Shown here: piece by piece, positions 40,503-54,243 of the stretch
Layout of the letters: every line of letters begins with the position of its first letter
Position numbering within the stretch: position 1 is the first letter of the stretch
Source: the human T2T-CHM13v2.0 reference genome, Homo sapiens
Assembly: GCF_009914755.1 (NCBI RefSeq)
Contig: NC_060929.1
Direction: 5' to 3' (one strand)
Length of the DNA stretch: 64,000 bases
Notes under the pieces: generated by a model
What the model was told of the DNA's origin: nothing
The model's database searches: none
Seen by the model: the letters and a program-made list of their open reading frames with translations, nothing else
Made by a program: the position numbers and the translations under genes

Positions 40503-43500
40503 AATCCAATGTATTTTTTATAAATGTACAGCAGATGCTTTCATTCTGTCCCAAGTCAAATGAAGACTGAGTCTGGCTCCAGTCAGTCTCCTTCAAACAT
40601 AGGTAGGTTGGGAGGGAGAAGTTACTTTCCTCTCTTTATCACAATCACTTTGCCAGGTGTCTAGGGCCCACTCTTAAGGTGTTTTAAGTGCTGTACACTG
40701 TTGAGAGTTATGTTATCTTCAGGGATGGTCAGATGTGAATTGACTCAAGTAATAGCCAGGTCAACACAACAGCTGGCCATGGCTGATGGCGGACTTTAGT
40801 TTACTGGGTCTTAAAATAAATGATATATTTTGCTTTTTCAAATAGCAACTGATAGCCCATGAGTAGCAAGAAGGCACTGAATGGGCACCCGAACAGCTAC
40901 CAGGTGCTACCAAATGATGCTGCCGCTTTAAGTATGGTTTGGGCCATGTTTGGATGCTCTTTCCACCCTTCTCTGCAGTCACTCTCCGTCCAGATCCCCC
41001 ATTACAGGATCCACCAATTTCTCTTCATTCTTACATCCCTATGAGACTCTTTTTCATCCCAAAGTGTTCAGTAACATTCTGTAGCTCCTGGAGAAAAGAA
41101 AACTCACTCTTTGGCCATGTAATCCTCCATTTTTCTTTTCTTCTCAGCAGGAATTAATTTTGTTTTTAATCAATTCCAGAAAAAAAAAGAGGAGGGAGAA
41201 CACTAAATCATCTATTAATATTAGGAGCTTGAGAGAAAAATGTAGTCTTAAAAAAGTTCCCTTTTTAATACGTCTTCTTTTTCTGACCTTGAGATATTTC
41301 CCTTCTGTATAATCATGTAATTGTTTAATTAATATTATTCTCATTTTACTATTAGCCTTGCTAATATTACAATTACCTATCCTATTACTTTTTATAGCTC
41401 AGATATATTTAGCCCTAATTTCACGGTAGAGTCTTAAAACTCTTGCCCTTGTTGCTCTGTGGCATATCTGGGCCCACATTGGAGGAAAAAACAAAACAAA
41501 AACAAAGACCTGAGCAGATCCTAATATTTACAGCCTTAATTTTGAACTTTCCAAACCTTCCGGTCCAAACCTTGCTCTACAGTGCTTCATCTTCAATTCG
41601 CATTTGACTCTTCATTCTTGCTTTACCCTGGTGTCTTCAGTGGTTTTTAACTCCCAATCTGCCCCTATCCCCTTGGCTGCCTACACTTTCCTTTTCTGGG
41701 GAGCAATCAGCTAGTCATGGGTATTTTTCATGAAGAGTCCTGAGCTTTCCTCCAACCACGCAGGGCCTTTAAAAGCAGTCCCCACCCCACAAAACAAAGA
41801 CCTGGATGATAATGATTTAATGGCCCCTCCATCCCAGTAATTTACTTTGCCTTCCCCTAAAAAACTTAAAATGGCCAATATTGATGGCATACATTTACTA
41901 ATGTTTAAATATCTATCATATGGTGTTCAATTAAAGTGTTTAAAGCTTTTTTGGGTACCATTACGAGTTGCTTCATTTTTATCTTCTTCCAATTTTAAAA
42001 GAATCACCAAGGATTATTCTTCTAGCCTATGCTTTCTCACCAGAGACAAATGTCCACTTTTACAGCTTTATTCTGGTAATGCAAATAATTTTATTTATAA
42101 TAAATAATAATACATTTATTTACAGAAGGCATTACATTAAATTTCATTGTATAAAAGTTTCACAGTATACTTCTTGCATATGATATATTTCATCCCCTCT
42201 ACTACAAAACTAAGATAAAAATCAAGCCACCTCAGAAAACAAATAAGAGAGAAAAACAAAAACAGAATAAAAAACTTGTTTGTATATGTCAATAAGAACT
42301 GTGAAAATATTCTGTGCTTATAAGAAGCCCAAATTCCCTGGTATCTTTCTAAGATCCTTTCCAATCTGGTCTCAGCTTCACTCACTTTTCTTAACTTCTA
42401 TTCCAGTCTCTTCATCTATTTTCATGTTACCTCTGCATAGAATGCCCATTACCTTTTTCTCTACCTATAAAATCCCCTGCCCACTCCCTGCAAGGTTAAA
42501 TTTCAGTGCCATCATCTATTTGAAAGCCTTGACTTTATTTATTCTCTATTATAGGGATCAGATGCAATTAGATCATTCTATGTATGTTGTCTCTACGTAG
42601 CCTGTGAATATTCCTGAGGTTAGGGCCTAGCACTTCAACATCTCTGATTCCCCAGGATCTAAGAGACTTCCTCCTGCAGAGAAGTAACTTTGTAAGTGTT
42701 TCAGTGCATTACATGAGCACAGATGCTGCAGAGAACAAACATTAGTAATTACTATCATTGTATAGATTATGATCTAGGAGAGAAGATAAAAAATGGTCAC
42801 ATTATTGTAAAATAAGCTATGTAAGTGTTATTATCTCAGAGCCAAATAATAGACTCCCTTCCCTTGATGCATTTATTTTGTATTAAAGACAAATGGTATT
42901 TCCCCACACATGTGTTTAGTGACCCAGTCCTACCACAAGAAATGCCAGTCTCCTTGGTTTGAAATACTAATTAATCATTTTTTGTTGTAATTCTGGGATT
43001 TTAGAGCCCACTTACTTTATTTAACTTTTTACAAATTGGTTAAAAGAAAATAATTAAATCAACCTGTTCAAATGATCCTAGAATTGCATAACAGCTTAAA
43101 TATAATTAAGTCATATTTCAAATTAAGGGACCCAGCAATGCAGCTAAAATGTTACTGCTCATCAGTGGTTGTTATTCTGAGTCATAGAATGCCACGAATT
43201 GAACATTCCTGCCAGGGCACCACCCTGGTCCACCCTCCCCTGCTGCAGCCCTGGTGTGTCACTCATGTTGAAGTCTGCCAGTAAGTCCAAGGAAGTTTCC
43301 TATAGTGTTGAGAACTGTTCCTCACCAGGATTCTGAAGTCAAGTATTTTGTTTTTTTGTTTTTTCTTAAGTACCAGTTGCCCAAATGTCTTTGGACAAGG
43401 TTTCTGGCACAGGCTTGTTCAGGAAATAGGGAGGGAGAAACACCTATTTTATATTTTAAGTGAAAAAACACACAGGAATATTACGTAATAACAAAAAACA

Positions 43501-44325
43501 AATGGTTGGCTCATGGTGAAGTTTAAGTTCCATATCACTGTGACTTTATTTTGGTCAGAGAGGAAGCAATCATAGGTTCTCAAGGTATATCAACAACAAC
43601 TATTAGGATAATTTCACTAGACTGTTTAATTTAATAGGCTTAAAATGAAATATGCCAATGTTACAATTGAGCACAAAACTACTTATTTTCTCTTCCTAGT
43701 TACAAGTGAAAGAAATTAATGAACAGCAGGTTTGCAGTGGAATAACAACTGTTGTATCCATTTTTGCCTCTGCAGAACATAGCCCTGGAGCCCAATATAT
43801 GCCAGAAAATTAAAAATTATTGAACTAGACTAAGTTTTCCATATGAGTTAGCTTTGTGAGTTAGCCCCACTGTTTTGGGGTATATTCCCCTAAGTGCTTA
43901 CATACTAAAACTTAAAAATCCAAATCTTCATAAAATCTTTGTAAAAACGGAAGCAGTTCTGTACACTTCCACCTACCCCTAACACCTGAGAGTGGAGGGG
44001 ATGGGGTTGGGGTAAAACCACACTTTGATGCTACCTTAAAATGTATTTAAAATCTCATATTTGACTTTTAAAAAGAAAACATGATTTAAAAATATTTCTT
44101 ATAAAAATCTGTTATTTTAGCAAACAACAATTTTTAAATTATTTATTTTTGAGTAAAATCAGCACCACCCCCACTACCCAGGTGGGAGTACCTTATTTAT
44201 CCTGTAGCTTTGAGAACCTATAATCTTACTGCTAAAGAACCCTGGCATACATTAGACACGGAGTTCTAGAACCTCTTCTATTCCCCCAACCTCTTAGCGG
44301 AATGTTCTTCTCTTGTAAAAAAATT

Positions 44326-44350
44326 AAAAAAAAAAAAAAAAAAAAAAAAA
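44326..44350 (+). repeat. Poly(A)25 tract
   Basis: Seen directly. Confidence 0.95.
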
Positions 44351-44649
44351 CCTCTGACGGCCAGCCAATTTGAAAAGCAAATTCATGTGAACGTTATAAT
44401 GGGTTCTGATGTCTTCATGCATACCCATTTTATAGAACTATCTTCAAGATAATTCCCTAATCCAAGGTAAATATTTTTAAAGCGAGGATTCCAGAAATAA
44501 TAATAGGAGTTGATGGAGATATTTTTAGGCGGACATTAAAGTTCCTCTTCTGATGGCCATCAAATTTCACCACTTCCTACAGGGTCTACCACACGCAGAG
44601 CCTGCCCTGTTTACACGGTCTGTTTAATACCAATTCTTCTATTTACAGA

Positions 44650-44900
44650 GAAGAATGATTCATACTAACCGAGCACTTACTTTAATCCAGGCATTGTGCT
44701 AAATGCTCAGAGGCTCGGTTCATTTAATCCCCACAGCAATTCTCAGACCAGAAGTAGTACAGTATTTTCATTCCCACTTTACATTTGAGAAAACTGAGGC
44801 TTAGATAAACTTGATGACGTTTCCCAAATCACACAGCTACTATATTGTGGTTCCAGGACTTGAGTCCAAGCAGCGTAACTCCAGAACCTTACTTACTCTA
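44650..44900 (-). mobile_element. MIR SINE
   Basis: ccaggcattgtgctaaatgct...catttaatccccacagcaa...gagaaaactgaggcttaga...cccaaatcacacagcta. Confidence 0.8.
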
Positions 44901-45065
44901 GTTACTTTACTCAGTATATTAGATTAACTCCAAGAAGAATACTTTGGTTTTAAGTATATGTTTTTCTTTTTGAGATTATTGGTTAATAATCTCAATTACT
45001 CTTGCCTCATTTCATAGACATCCACTTTCCAAATTCTTAATCAGTTCAGTCTCTAATCTTTCAGT

Positions 45066-45387
45066 GCAGCCATCCCCAACCGTTTTGGCAGAGAGACCGG
45101 TTTCATAGAAGGCATTTTTTCCACAGACCAGGGGTAGGGGAAACGGTTTCAAGATGATTCAAACACATTACATTCATTGTGCACTTTATTCCCATTATAA
45201 TTATGTTATAATATATAATGAAGTAATTATAAAACTCACCATAATGTAGAATCAGTGGGAGCCCTCAGCCTGTTTTCCTGCAACTAGACGTTTTCATCTG
45301 GGGATGATGGGAGACAGTGACAGATCATCAGGCATTAGATTCTCATAAGAAGCGTGTGCAGTTCACAATAAGGTTCATGCTCCTACT
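45066..45387. mobile_element. MER1B (hAT-Charlie)
   Basis: tccccaaccgttttggca...ccacagaccagggg...cataatgtagaatcagtgggagccct...ggcattagattctcataagaagcg. Confidence 0.85.
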
Positions 45388-47289
45388 CATGCTTCCAAAC
45401 CCTTAAAGAGATCTGATCAAATCAAGTCTCATTTAAAATAGAAAAGTATGTAGTATAAAGTCTAGAGCTGAAACATTTGTCATCAAGTGTCTCATATCAA
45501 TAACTAGTTTGTGACTCTGGGCAAGTTTCTGTCTTCTCTAAATCTTTACTCAATGACATGTCTTTCTGTCAGTCAGAATAAAATTGGTTAAGAAAATAAC
45601 CGGCTTGACATTTATTTGTATTTGGGTTTATTGAAGTTCAGAAAATAAGCACTGATTCTAAAATTAATTCTCTAACCATAGTTATCTCTCAGTCTCTACA
45701 TTTGTATTGACTAGACATATAAAAGATTCATAAATATGTAAACATGTAAACATAAAATTTGTAACTTGTGAAAATTAATTGTAACAATATCACTGTTAGT
45801 GATGGTTATCACCAATAATTTGTAAGTCCTAGAGGAAATAAAAATATTAAAATTGAAATTATATATTAGCCCCCAGAAGAAAGGTAAATTTCCCAGTAAT
45901 TGTAAACTTGAACATATTATATGTTAACCCTACTTTATTTCAATATTTTACAATTTCTTTTTGTTTTTTCTAATGAAATATATTGCAATTTGCTAAAATG
46001 CCATATATGTATTTGCATATGTATGTATATGCTGTACATATATATGTACACATACATACATACACATGATTGTGTATATATAGACACACTATTATATGTT
46101 TTTGAAAACTAAGCAATTTGGAGAAATATCATTGGGAAAGTACTTACTATGATTTTTAAATGTCTACGAATTAATCAATATCTATTGGTTACTGTTCAAA
46201 GCACAGAGAGTCATACTGAGAGGCATAAGACATAACTGATACTACCAACAGGGAAAGGAGATATACACAGGAAATGAATTCCTTGGCAGGGTATGAGAGC
46301 ATTGAACACAAACAAAGGAACTTAAGTAAAGTCCAATGGGATTGAACTGTGACCCAACATAATACAATTTTTCTAGAGACTCATTTGTGTAAATTTGAAG
46401 ACAGAACTGAGAAATGACATTATAAAAACTAAAAACGGGAGAACGAGATTTTTAATGTATTTACTAAATAGTGAATCAGTTCAGATACTTAATAGAAAAG
46501 GAATTTCTTGATTAATGGGTCAACATACTGAGATCTGATGGCCTTCAACCTCCTTGGGTCTGCCCACCCCATTTTTGACGCTTCTTAAACTTCTTCAACT
46601 TTTGTCTTCTCCAGCTTTTAGTTGCTGTGATCCTCTATCTGGCAGTGTATCCAGTGAACCCTGTGGGCTTCTTCCTTCCTGTCCCTCGTGTTACCTGTTC
46701 TGTGCTACCTGTGTTGCGTTCTGCTCAACGAACCCTCCTTTGGGTGGCACTCTTGTCCTGCCTAGCCCTAGTTCTGCTAGAGATGCTCAATTAGTTGTTG
46801 AGTTGAAGAATTGAATTGAACTGTTTCCCTCAGATTCCTCTAAACACAAATCCACTTATTCTTTCTGTCTTTGAAATTCTCAAAACCGCTAAGACACAGC
46901 TATTTTGAAAATAGCCAGCATTGGTTGAAGCTAGGGTGAATATGGCTTTTGACTCAGAGAGGTTGTTCAACTCACCAGGAAAGGGAAGCATTGCAAGTTC
47001 CTAAGCACTTCTGGACTCTTAATGCATTTTCACTCGTGAAAGTTTCAAGCAAGAAAAAAATAAAGTAGTGCCCCGAGTTCTTTATTAGATTCAATTACCA
47101 GCGTACAAACATCCTAATTCACTTAAACAAAATAGCCCACACACATTCCATTTCCAAGGAGGCTGCTTTTCTTCCTCTCTTCCCTTCTCGCTCTCCCTCT
47201 TACTGTTTTTCCTCCGTCTTGCTTCTCCTTTTCTCCCCTTATCCTAGTTATCTCAAAGAAAAGCTTATCTGCAACCACCCTTTAACCAC

Positions 47290-48290
47290 GAATTACCATA
47301 AACGAAGCAACCCCCCCACCCCCCCATAAGCGAAAGCAAAGCCCTCAGTGGAGCCTGTCGGGGTGGTGGGGACGCCCCCTTTCGTGCAAAACGACTTCAC
47401 GGTGAATTTCAAGTGTCCGCAGGGGATGGAAGGGGGGATTCCAGATCCTCGCATTTTCACAGACGGCCTAATCCCTCTGCGCAATGGACCCGGGAAAGCT
47501 GCCTCCCGTTAAGGGCGCCCAGGCACTGTCAAAGCGCCCTCCCTGCCCGGGCCGGGAGAAGTAAGGGGTGTGAAGGCGGAGCCACTGGGCTGGCAACACC
47601 CTCCCGAAGGTCCAGCCCTTACCCGCCTTCCTACCACCTTAGGGGATTTGGCCCGGAGAACGAGATCACCCTCTCAATGAAAGGCAGATGTCCCTTTAAG
47701 GTTTGCTTCTACAGCCCGTGGACTTTAGCCTAAACACGGACCCGCGAAGCTGGCTTTATTTGTCCATGTCTCGGACAGAGCCTGGGAAGCTGCCAGTGAG
47801 ATTTCAGAGACCAAGAGCGCGAAGGGGCGGGCGATGTGGCAATCCGTCTGGGATGTGAAAAGCGTGGAGCGCATTTAGAGGAATTCGACGAAAACACAGG
47901 AAATCACTCCTCTCCCGCTCCTGGGCGCCGCTGCCACTGGGGCAGAGGACTGGGAACCGCGGCAGCGGGATAAGTGGCCCAGCCAGAGAGCGCAGCTCCC
48001 GCGCCCGGTCCTGCCCTGCGAACCAGCGCGGCCCCCTGGCGCTGAGGCTGCTCCGGCCATGGCCCCTCGGCCCCGCGCCCGCCCAGGGGTCGCTGTCGCC
48101 TGCTGCTGGCTCCTCACTGGTGAGCGACTCGCTTTTCTCTGAGCATCTCCTGCTCGCGGGCTTGGGGCTTGGAGCGGGGAGGGAGGTCCTCAGAGCCATG
48201 GGCCAGATAGGAAGAGAGAGCGCCCATCCACTTTCGGGCATTCCAGGTACTCAGGCCAGGCTACGGGGCAGGCAGGAGTTTCGCGTTCTG
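47290..48290. promoter_or_regulatory. CpG-island promoter of ITGA1 (shared with long PELO transcripts)
   Basis: High GC/CpG against an AT-rich background; GC box GGGGCGGG ~47824; ETS-like CAGGAAAT ~47897; AP-1 TGACTCA at 46950-46956 upstream. Confidence 0.9.
48059..48119 (+). CDS. ITGA1: Integrin alpha-1, coding exon 1 (signal peptide start); remaining exons lie beyond the window
   Basis: GCCATGG Kozak; 61 nt encoding MAPRPRARPGVAVACCWLLT plus G, then donor G|GTGAGC at 48120; PELO nested downstream as expected. Confidence 0.95.
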
Positions 48291-50054
48291 GTTTTGATAT
48301 GAATTAGTTTTAGTGTCTCTCCAAAGTCCTTCACCCTAGGAGTAGGAGTGAGGCAGCACTGAAAACCTTAGAAGGTAGAATTCACTTTTAAAATTAAAGT
48401 TGTTTTTACAATACACATTGTATATTAGGACTTTGCTGAATATTTCCTCCCCTCCACCCTTTTTTATGGCATGGGATGGGAGGGTGATGCTTATAGGGCG
48501 CCTGATACATATGCAAAATTCCTACCCTCGGGTTGTTCCAGAGTGGACATTATTGAATTTTCTTGCTGTCTACTATTTAGGCTTTTTTCCCATGCAGAAC
48601 AAGAAAAGGCAGGGATGCAAGACGAAACTGCCACTTGTTCCAAAATGATGTTTCTATGTCAGCACCCAAGAGGAGGGATATTTTGAAACGTAGAAAGGAA
48701 TGGTGAACATTTTCTCTGTAAATATCACAGGGCAGTCTACTTTTAAGATGCAAAATATAGTATTGTTATTTGTACATAAATGTGTATTTTTAAGGAGGGG
48801 ACTTAAAAACATAGTGGAAATGCAAAGTTGTATCCAATTTAGAAAAAGCTTGAAATATAGCATTTTGTAAGATTTTCCCAATAATGAACTCATGGTCAGA
48901 TCTTTTTTACCAGTTACTGATTGGGGTGGGGGAAAGTTGAAATGGTGAAAAATGGAAGAAGGTGGGGGGAAAGTGTATCGATAGAATCTCTGTGTGAAAG
49001 AAAATCACCTTATTAATGGGTTAATTAACAGCTGGCTTTAACATATCATTGATATTCAATTGTTCAGTGTTTTTACTGCTGGCATGGTTATTAGTACTAG
49101 TTAATTTAGCATTTTTACCACTAAAAACAGGGTAGAGCCAGCTAGTTTAGACCTGCCTTAGATGGCCAAGCATTGTTAAGTTTTATGAAGATGATTTAGA
49201 AGTTGATTATCAGCAAGCAGAGCTTTTTTCAGAAGGGAGGTAATGTAAAGAGAGTTAATAATTAGCTACTGGCTTTTCATCCAAACATTTCCCACTACTC
49301 AGGAAATGTCCAATAATCCAAACAGTGGTAACTGCTGAACAGCATTATAGCCGGTGAGTGGTTTAACTTACCAGCTACTGCCACTACTTTTTACACATAT
49401 TTGACCTATGATTCTTCTCCAACTCAAATTTTTTTAGATTGTATTTTGTTGTTTTTGTGCAAAATCTGAATACAGTAGTTTACTATCCAAGTTGTACTTT
49501 TTCATTCTACCAAATAAGCAGTCTCTAGAGTAGAAATGATGAAATGAGGTTTGCGTATCCTCTAAAAAGACAAGAGTGAAACTTGAAGTAACAGAGAAGT
49601 TTAACAAGTTACAATTTCATATATATGTTGGTGAAATATACATTGGTGAATCCAGGAAGAGACTTAAAATATTTAGAAACCTTGTGTGCACTATATTTAT
49701 GCCCATTTCGCAACACATGAGGGATCTGAAATTGGACTGCTTTCCCATCAGTCATTATATTCTGTAGGCTCTTCTTTAGCAATCTCTTTCAGATTTGGAA
49801 ACTTCTCATCAATTCAGAGTCCGTTTGTAACCTGGGGACTCATCACCATACTTATCCATGCACACTACTGTAGAGCTTATCTTTCTGTCTTCAATTTGAA
49901 CCCAACTTCCAGTCTACCCTCCTAATACATCATTTTTACTATATCTGTTTTTAGTCAAAAATCTTTGGTGGTTCTTTGTTGCCTTTAAGATAAAATCCAA
50001 AATTCTCAACTGACTGCCCTAATCCAACACCCTCTCTCTATCTCCTACTACTCC

Positions 50055-50542
50055 TATGTCAGTTTCTTATTGCTGTTGTAACAACTTGCCATAGATCACC
50101 AGCTTAAAACAACATAAATTTACTATTGTACAGTTCTGTAGGTCAGAAGTATCACTGGGCTAGAATCAAGATGTCACCAGGGCTGCATTTCTTCTGGAGG
50201 TTCTAGGGGAAAATCAGTTTCCCTGTTTTCACCAGCCTCTGGCCACCACCTGCATTCTTGGCCTGTGGCCCCTTTCTCCATCTTCAACCGAGCAGGGTAG
50301 AATCTTCAGATCTTCCCCCATGACTCTGCTTTATCATCACATCTCCTTCTCAGACTCTGACCCTACTACCTTCCTAAGGATCCTTGTAATTACAATGTGC
50401 CTACCAGAATAATCTCCTCATCTCAAGATCTTTAATTTAATTACATCTTCCAAGTCCCTTTTACCATCTAAGATAACATATTCACAGGTTCCAGGCATTA
50501 GGTCATGGATATCTTTGGGAGACCATTATTCTGCCTACCACA
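50055..50542 (-). mobile_element. MLT1D-like MaLR solo LTR
   Basis: ttgctgttgtaacaa...gcttaaaacaacataaatttactattgtacagttctgtaggtcagaagt...ccattattctgcctaccaca. Confidence 0.8.
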
Positions 50543-51394
50543 ACCCATAAGCATAAACTGTCCATTATAGCCAATCACTTTTCTTTACTTTCTCCATAAT
50601 CCTCATGTTCATTTTGCCACTGAAGATATGACCTTGTTTTATACATCGAGAAAAGAATTCCACCTTTCCATCCTACCACCCTCTGACATCTAAATAAACT
50701 CTCTACAGCCTTCCAAACTGGGTTTACATCAGAACAACAAGCCACCAGCATCCCAATAAACTTCCTATTTGATTTAGACTGTCTTATATTAGCTCCTTAC
50801 AACGTTTACTAAAATGATTCATCAAAAAGATGTCCTTATGTCCAAAGGATTGTTATTTTATGTATGTCAAAGTCTCAGCATAAACTGATGTCACATATAA
50901 AGGATTTAACTGAAGACAGTTTCATAAAGTGACAGTTTAGAGAGGCCTTAAAGGAACAAGAAAAGAGGGTGGAGCATCTAGCGCAAGCAACAGTAGGGAA
51001 AAAAGAACCTGAAGCAAGGTGAGAAGAAAAACCATGACCATTCCTAGGCCTGAGGAGGTGGCAGTGTTAGTTTGATTATGAACTCTAGTTATGGGAGGGT
51101 GGCCATTAGACTGGAGTTGTGGTCATAAAAAGGAATGCAGCTAGTGACAAAATTGAAGCCCAGCAGAGAAGGAGTAAGGAAAATAAATATACCTCCTTTC
51201 CTCCCACCCTCTGATGTCTTGCTCAGCCTTCCCATTGGCCATCCCCAAATGGCAAGATCCAACCTTCCAGAGAACAAAGGGCAAGACAATCAATAACAGA
51301 ATAGCTAGCACAACTTAACCCCGAAATGTATTATGTGCAAGGCACTGTGCCAAGGGCTTTGCATGTATTATTTCATTTTAATCTAAAAAATTAA

Positions 51395-51482
51395 GTTTAC
51401 TAATTGATCACAAGCAGTCACAGATTTCTTTGTTCTTTTTTCACTCCCTCAGCTTGTTGATTAGCCTTGAAAAAAAGAAAAG
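51395..51482 (+). pseudogene. Y3 RNA (RNY3) retropseudogene, 5' truncated, inside a MIR (~51325-51640)
   Basis: gtttactaattgatcacaagcagtcacagatttctttgttc...cactccc...ttgattagcctt matches hY3; A-rich tail; TSD AAAAAATTAA at 51385-51394 and 51483-51492. Confidence 0.85.
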
Positions 51483-53114
51483 AAAAAATTAAAACTTTAT
51501 AACTATTATCAATATTTTAGAGATGAGGAAATCAAAATATAGTATTAAGAAGTTAATTTCATTTGTCCAAAGTTGAAGAACTAATGACAAATCTACTCAA
51601 TTCATATCTCTGACCTCAAATTAAATGCTCTAAAATAATATGCTATATTGGCTGCCTAAAGATAAGTTCATTCTCTCTTGCTCACTCCTCTAAATGTGAA
51701 ATCCAAACATAGTTGTCTAAAAGACTTGGATAAAGACCTAATTAATGATACAAGTCAATCTTTTATTTCCATGATTTTTAGGTGTACAGCATTAAGTGTA
51801 ACTCAAGTAAGACTACTATTTCTCGTTATTAAGAATATAAATATAGAATTAGCCCTAATTAAACTATATGTCTCTCTTCCCTAGAAACATTTTGGTTGGC
51901 CTAGAAGCAAGGGTCTTCTTTTCACAGGCAAGATTTCCTATTCAAAATGAAATCCAGTGAGGAGATGGGAGATGGCTGAATATGGGGAGGAAGTCAGCCA
52001 CTTATTCAAAACAAAGAATGACTCCCAATGGCAGACAATGTATTGTCAGGAATTGCTGAAGATGGTGAAAATTGTCTTACTCATTGTGATGTTTGTAAAG
52101 GCAGCAATGAATTCACGGGATTTTTGTTTGTTTAGTAAACAGGCAATGAGAGTAACCATGAGACACATATATATGCTATACTAGTTTAACTATTTCTCTT
52201 CCCTCCTGTCATAACACTTACCCAGCTATTTTGAAGCATGAGCTCTTGGGCCACAGCTTATCACTGATGTTCTGACTTCAGTAGACAGATGCTCCTCTAA
52301 CATGTTCCTCCACTTCCAACCCAATAAACTTCCCACTAGATTTAGAACTTGCTGAATTTCCACATCTTAACATATTTTAGTAGAATAAAGTAGCTCATGT
52401 TTAAAATATATTTAGAAAAGTTGGGGACTAAAATGCTATTCTTTACCTACACTTCTCTTCTGTTGTGTGAAATACAAAATAGTGTACTCAAATTCATGTT
52501 AAGAAACTGAGATGAAAGATATTTTGAAACTGTTGCCACAGTGCTAAAGTCAGAATAGATTGCCTATTCAGAGCAGTCTGTGACTGGAGAATTGTATTCG
52601 CCCTCAAAGCAAGTACAGTAGAGTATCAAGAGATGCAAATGACTGCATATATTTCTATCTTCAAGATTATTGAGCTTCTTTCAGCTCCTTTATTATGCCA
52701 GCTACTCTAAAGTCTCCTTGGGGACTTTGCATAAGTAGTTACTCCCACTGCTACTGATCTCAATCCCTGAATAAACGTCATTTCCAAGAGATACCCTGAA
52801 GTAGATTGGACCCTACCTTAGGACATGTGTATCCCAGCACCTTTGCTTCTATTATATAATGCACCACGGTATTATAATTAACTATCTAATTGCCTGTCTT
52901 TCCAGCTTGCTGTATGCTCTGTGAGGGTAGGATCTTTAACCATAACACCTAGAAATAATAGGCACTTTTTAATTGAATGAATCGCAAAAGAATTGACTAT
53001 TGACAAACTCAGAAAATACTTAAGGGATCAGATTGTCCCTTTATTATATACCTCTGCCTTATTTTATTATACCTCTGCCTGAAATATTTCTGTCTATCCA
53101 AATTTATAAATAAT

Positions 53115-53287
53115 GGAATGGAAGACACCATCAGTTGAAAGATGCACCATTATTTTATGTACCACTAAAAAAGACAAGCCACTCCCAATCCAATTATAAT
53201 TGCTAGATTGTTAGATAGTTCCTAGTTTCAGAGATGTCAAAATTGGGAAAATGTGCGTCTGAAAATTACAATCAATAATATACAGTG
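53115..53287. mobile_element. MER104-like (Tc2) DNA transposon relic
   Basis: aagatgcaccattattttatgtaccactaaaaaag...ttcagagatgtcaaaat...tgtgcgtct. Confidence 0.6.
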
Positions 53288-54203
53288 TATGGTACTTTTT
53301 ACCATGGTACTTTTCTATTTGTTTGGACACTTAAAAATTGTGTCATAAGATTTTGAAGAGGCTAGTATGTGAACCCCATCTAGATACAGAGATATAACAT
53401 TGTTCCTCTCAGTTCTCTTCAAGTGCCAAGTTTATATCTGATTTAGGGGATAATTGCTCCTCTGGCACCAACAGCCTCACCAGATCCCAAAAACAGAGCT
53501 CCCTCCAAATGCTCTATCTTTAGAAGAGAGCTTCAGGAGAAAGGTGACAATAAAGTAATCATATAATGTTCCAGTTGCACAGGATTAATGACTCTAGCTT
53601 TGGCAAACTCTTAACTTTTTGTCATGTTGGTGGTAAGCTCCAGGGTTGTGTATATAGGAAGAAGACTAATTTTAATCAAAACTTTCCTATGATTTAAAAG
53701 GAAGATAAAAAAGTCAACTAAGTTTTAAAAGGAAATTAAAATGCATATGCTGGTTGGTGTTAGGAATTCACTTTATGTGTTAAAAAAAATCAATTTTATC
53801 CAAACAGGAGATCCCTATTAACAAGATAAGTAAGAGATCTGAAATGAGAAATCATTGTAATTCAAATATGCAAAGGAGTGGATACACATACTCTTTTTGT
53901 ATGAATTATATGAGATCTCCTAAAATAAATGCAAATTCTTAAATTTAAATATAGCACCTAAGTCACTTTAAAACATCAATAGTTAAGATGGTTTATATAT
54001 TTTGTTACAAATCATATATCCTTACTACAAATTAAATGTACTTTCAAAATTATTTTATTAATTAGACTTTTATTTTACCAAATACTAAAGTCTAGAAATA
54101 CATGGGTACTGGCCAATCCTTAAAAATATCTGTGTAACACATTTTACTTATAATATTTTTGGTGAAATGATCTTATGCCGTATAAGAATACATGCAAATA
54201 GAA

Positions 54204-54205
<2 letters not shown>

Positions 54206-54241
<36 letters not shown>
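54206..54241. repeat. (CA)n microsatellite
   Basis: Seen directly. Confidence 0.95.

Positions 54242-54243
<2 letters not shown>

Noticed and set aside
47693-47701. CArG (SRF) box in the ITGA1 promoter
   Set aside because: CCTTTAAGG has only five A/T bases, so it does not fit CC(A/T)6GG
47413-48302. ORFs of 60-145 aa around the ITGA1 promoter
   Set aside because: Expected stop-codon scarcity in a CpG island; only the 61-nt ITGA1 exon is recognisable
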